From IMG/VR virus record IMGVR_UViG_3300002220_000322, positions 38,860 to 102,859 of that record: a DNA stretch of 64,000 bases; one strand, 5' to 3'. A program made the translations under genes and the position numbers. Positions 62,807-64,000 of this stretch are shown piece by piece. How positions within the stretch are numbered: position 1 is the first letter of the stretch; the number at the start of each line of letters is the position of its first letter. This DNA comes from a virus. Lineage: Duplodnaviria; Caudoviricetes. Under the pieces are notes generated by a model. It saw nothing but the letters and a program-made list of their open reading frames with translations, ran no database searches and was not told the origin of the DNA.

Positions 62807-63411
62807 TGTAAACTTTGTTTAAGTTTATTGATATGATATTTAAGGTATCTTTTCTTATCATCATATAATCCTTTTTTAAACAAAATGCTTTTGTTCTTAA
62901 AAAACATTAATGTAAATACAGATTCATGATGAATAAGGTAGAACATCAGAAGAAAAGTATCTTCTTTTTTAAGGGGCAGAATATCAAGTATATCAGTTAA
63001 TCCAGGAAGTTCAGATGAATCTTCTTTAAAAAGACTAACATAATTATACAAAAGTTCCATTCCTTCAATGATAGTATATGTGTCAATCAACTTATCTAGA
63101 AATTCAATTCTAGAAGTAGTGTCTCTTATATCCCACCAATAATTATAATTTATTTTCATCAAGTAATGTTCTAAAGAAGGAAAATTGGATAACCAACTAG
63201 AGTCAATCTTGTATATAAATAAACCAATAAAGTATCTTAAATTCTTAGGACGTCTTGCTTCTAGAAACTCTTTAAAGGAAATTAAATCAAAAGGATAAAT
63301 ATGGGAAATTTTTGCAGAAATTGTACATAGTCCCATAAGATCTCCTATATTAATACTTTTGTAATATTCTTCCTTTATAGCGATTAAGATTTCTTTTTTA
63401 TTCTTTATCAT
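62803..63411 (-). CDS. hypothetical protein
   Basis: ORF. Confidence 0.55.
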   Translation of the reverse strand: MIKNKKEILIAIKEEYYKSINIGDLMGLCTISAKISHIYPFDLISFKEFLEARRPKNLRYFIGLFIYKIDSSWLSNFPSLEHYLMKINYNYWWDIRDTTSRIEFLDKLIDTYTIIEGMELLYNYVSLFKEDSSELPGLTDILDILPLKKEDTFLLMFYLIHHESVFTLMFFKNKSILFKKGLYDDKKRYLKYHINKLKQSLQ

Positions 63412-63444
63412 ATCTCTTCAAAAGTTGTTATTGGTTTGTATATC

Positions 63445-63762
63445 TTATAACCTTTTATGGAATTTTTTAACATAAAGATCATGATTCTGAATTTTAGTTT
63501 CCAATACTTTTGCAAAACTTCCATAAAAAATAGGATCTTTACTTTTAAAAGTATAGCCTTGTTTTTTTCCTATAAGGACTATATTTCCACTTTGTATAAG
63601 AGAGTCCAATACAAAGACTGGATAAGAACATTTATGCTCTTTAAGAGAAGTAATAAATTCTTTTTTCGTAAAGCTATTAATAGCTTTTTTTGAATATCCA
63701 TTTCTTATCTTTGATAAGATTGCTGATACATTTTTTGCTCTTTCTTCTGTCTTTTCTTTCAT
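63445..63762 (-). CDS. basic hypothetical protein
   Basis: ORF. Confidence 0.55.
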   Translation of the reverse strand: MKEKTEERAKNVSAILSKIRNGYSKKAINSFTKKEFITSLKEHKCSYPVFVLDSLIQSGNIVLIGKKQGYTFKSKDPIFYGSFAKVLETKIQNHDLYVKKFHKRL

Positions 63763-63793
63763 CTGTATTTTTTTTATTAAAGTTAAATTTTTG

Positions 63794-63865
63794 ATGCCCT
63801 GATAGGATTCGAACCTATACTATCTCCTTCAAAGGGACACGTGCTAACCATTACACCACAGGGCA
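63794..63865 (-). tRNA. tRNA-Gln(UUG)
   Basis: Cloverleaf with U1:A72. Confidence 0.85.
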
Positions 63866-64000
63866 AACTATTAAATAATATTATTTAATTCCAATGCAAT
63901 TTCTTTAAAAGCATTAATTTCAGGAGTTTCTTCTTTTGAGCGAGAAATCATAAGGCCTTCTTTCTCTATTATATAAGTAACTCCAAATTTGTTTTTAATA

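Noticed and set aside
8239-63693. + strand ORFs opposite the - strand genes (e.g. 20997, 22393, 36945, 45990) and - strand ORFs within 1-7876
   Set aside because: Antisense shadows of real genes or RNAs, with no recognisable motifs.

Overview
AT-rich segment of a large crAss-like (Crassvirales-type) phage genome; TAnnTTTG promoters suggest a Bacteroidota host. (1) 1-7876, + strand: two giant virion-type genes that stay open only if TGA is read as Trp. (2) 7929-41364, - strand: a replication and nucleotide-metabolism block (ligase, dUTPase, primase, DnaB-like and SF2 helicases, PolA, RNase H, ferritin, ClpP). Five of its genes carry six group I introns, and a resolvase-like gene plus two intron endonucleases are also TGA-recoded. 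(3) 41407-46570: a tRNA operon with tmRNA, a group I intron-split tRNA-Met and non-canonical tRNA-like RNAs. (4) 52820-55182: an integron-like cassette array with five ~130-bp attC-like hairpins and no integrase in the window. (5) 57303-62391: the best candidate for an undescribed system, an RNA-repair locus (RtcB plus a TerD-domain/putative Ro-like protein) flanking six copies of a covarying structured ncRNA and a tRNA scaffold whose anticodon loop is replaced by the same motif. All calls come from manual motif reading; no database searches were run.
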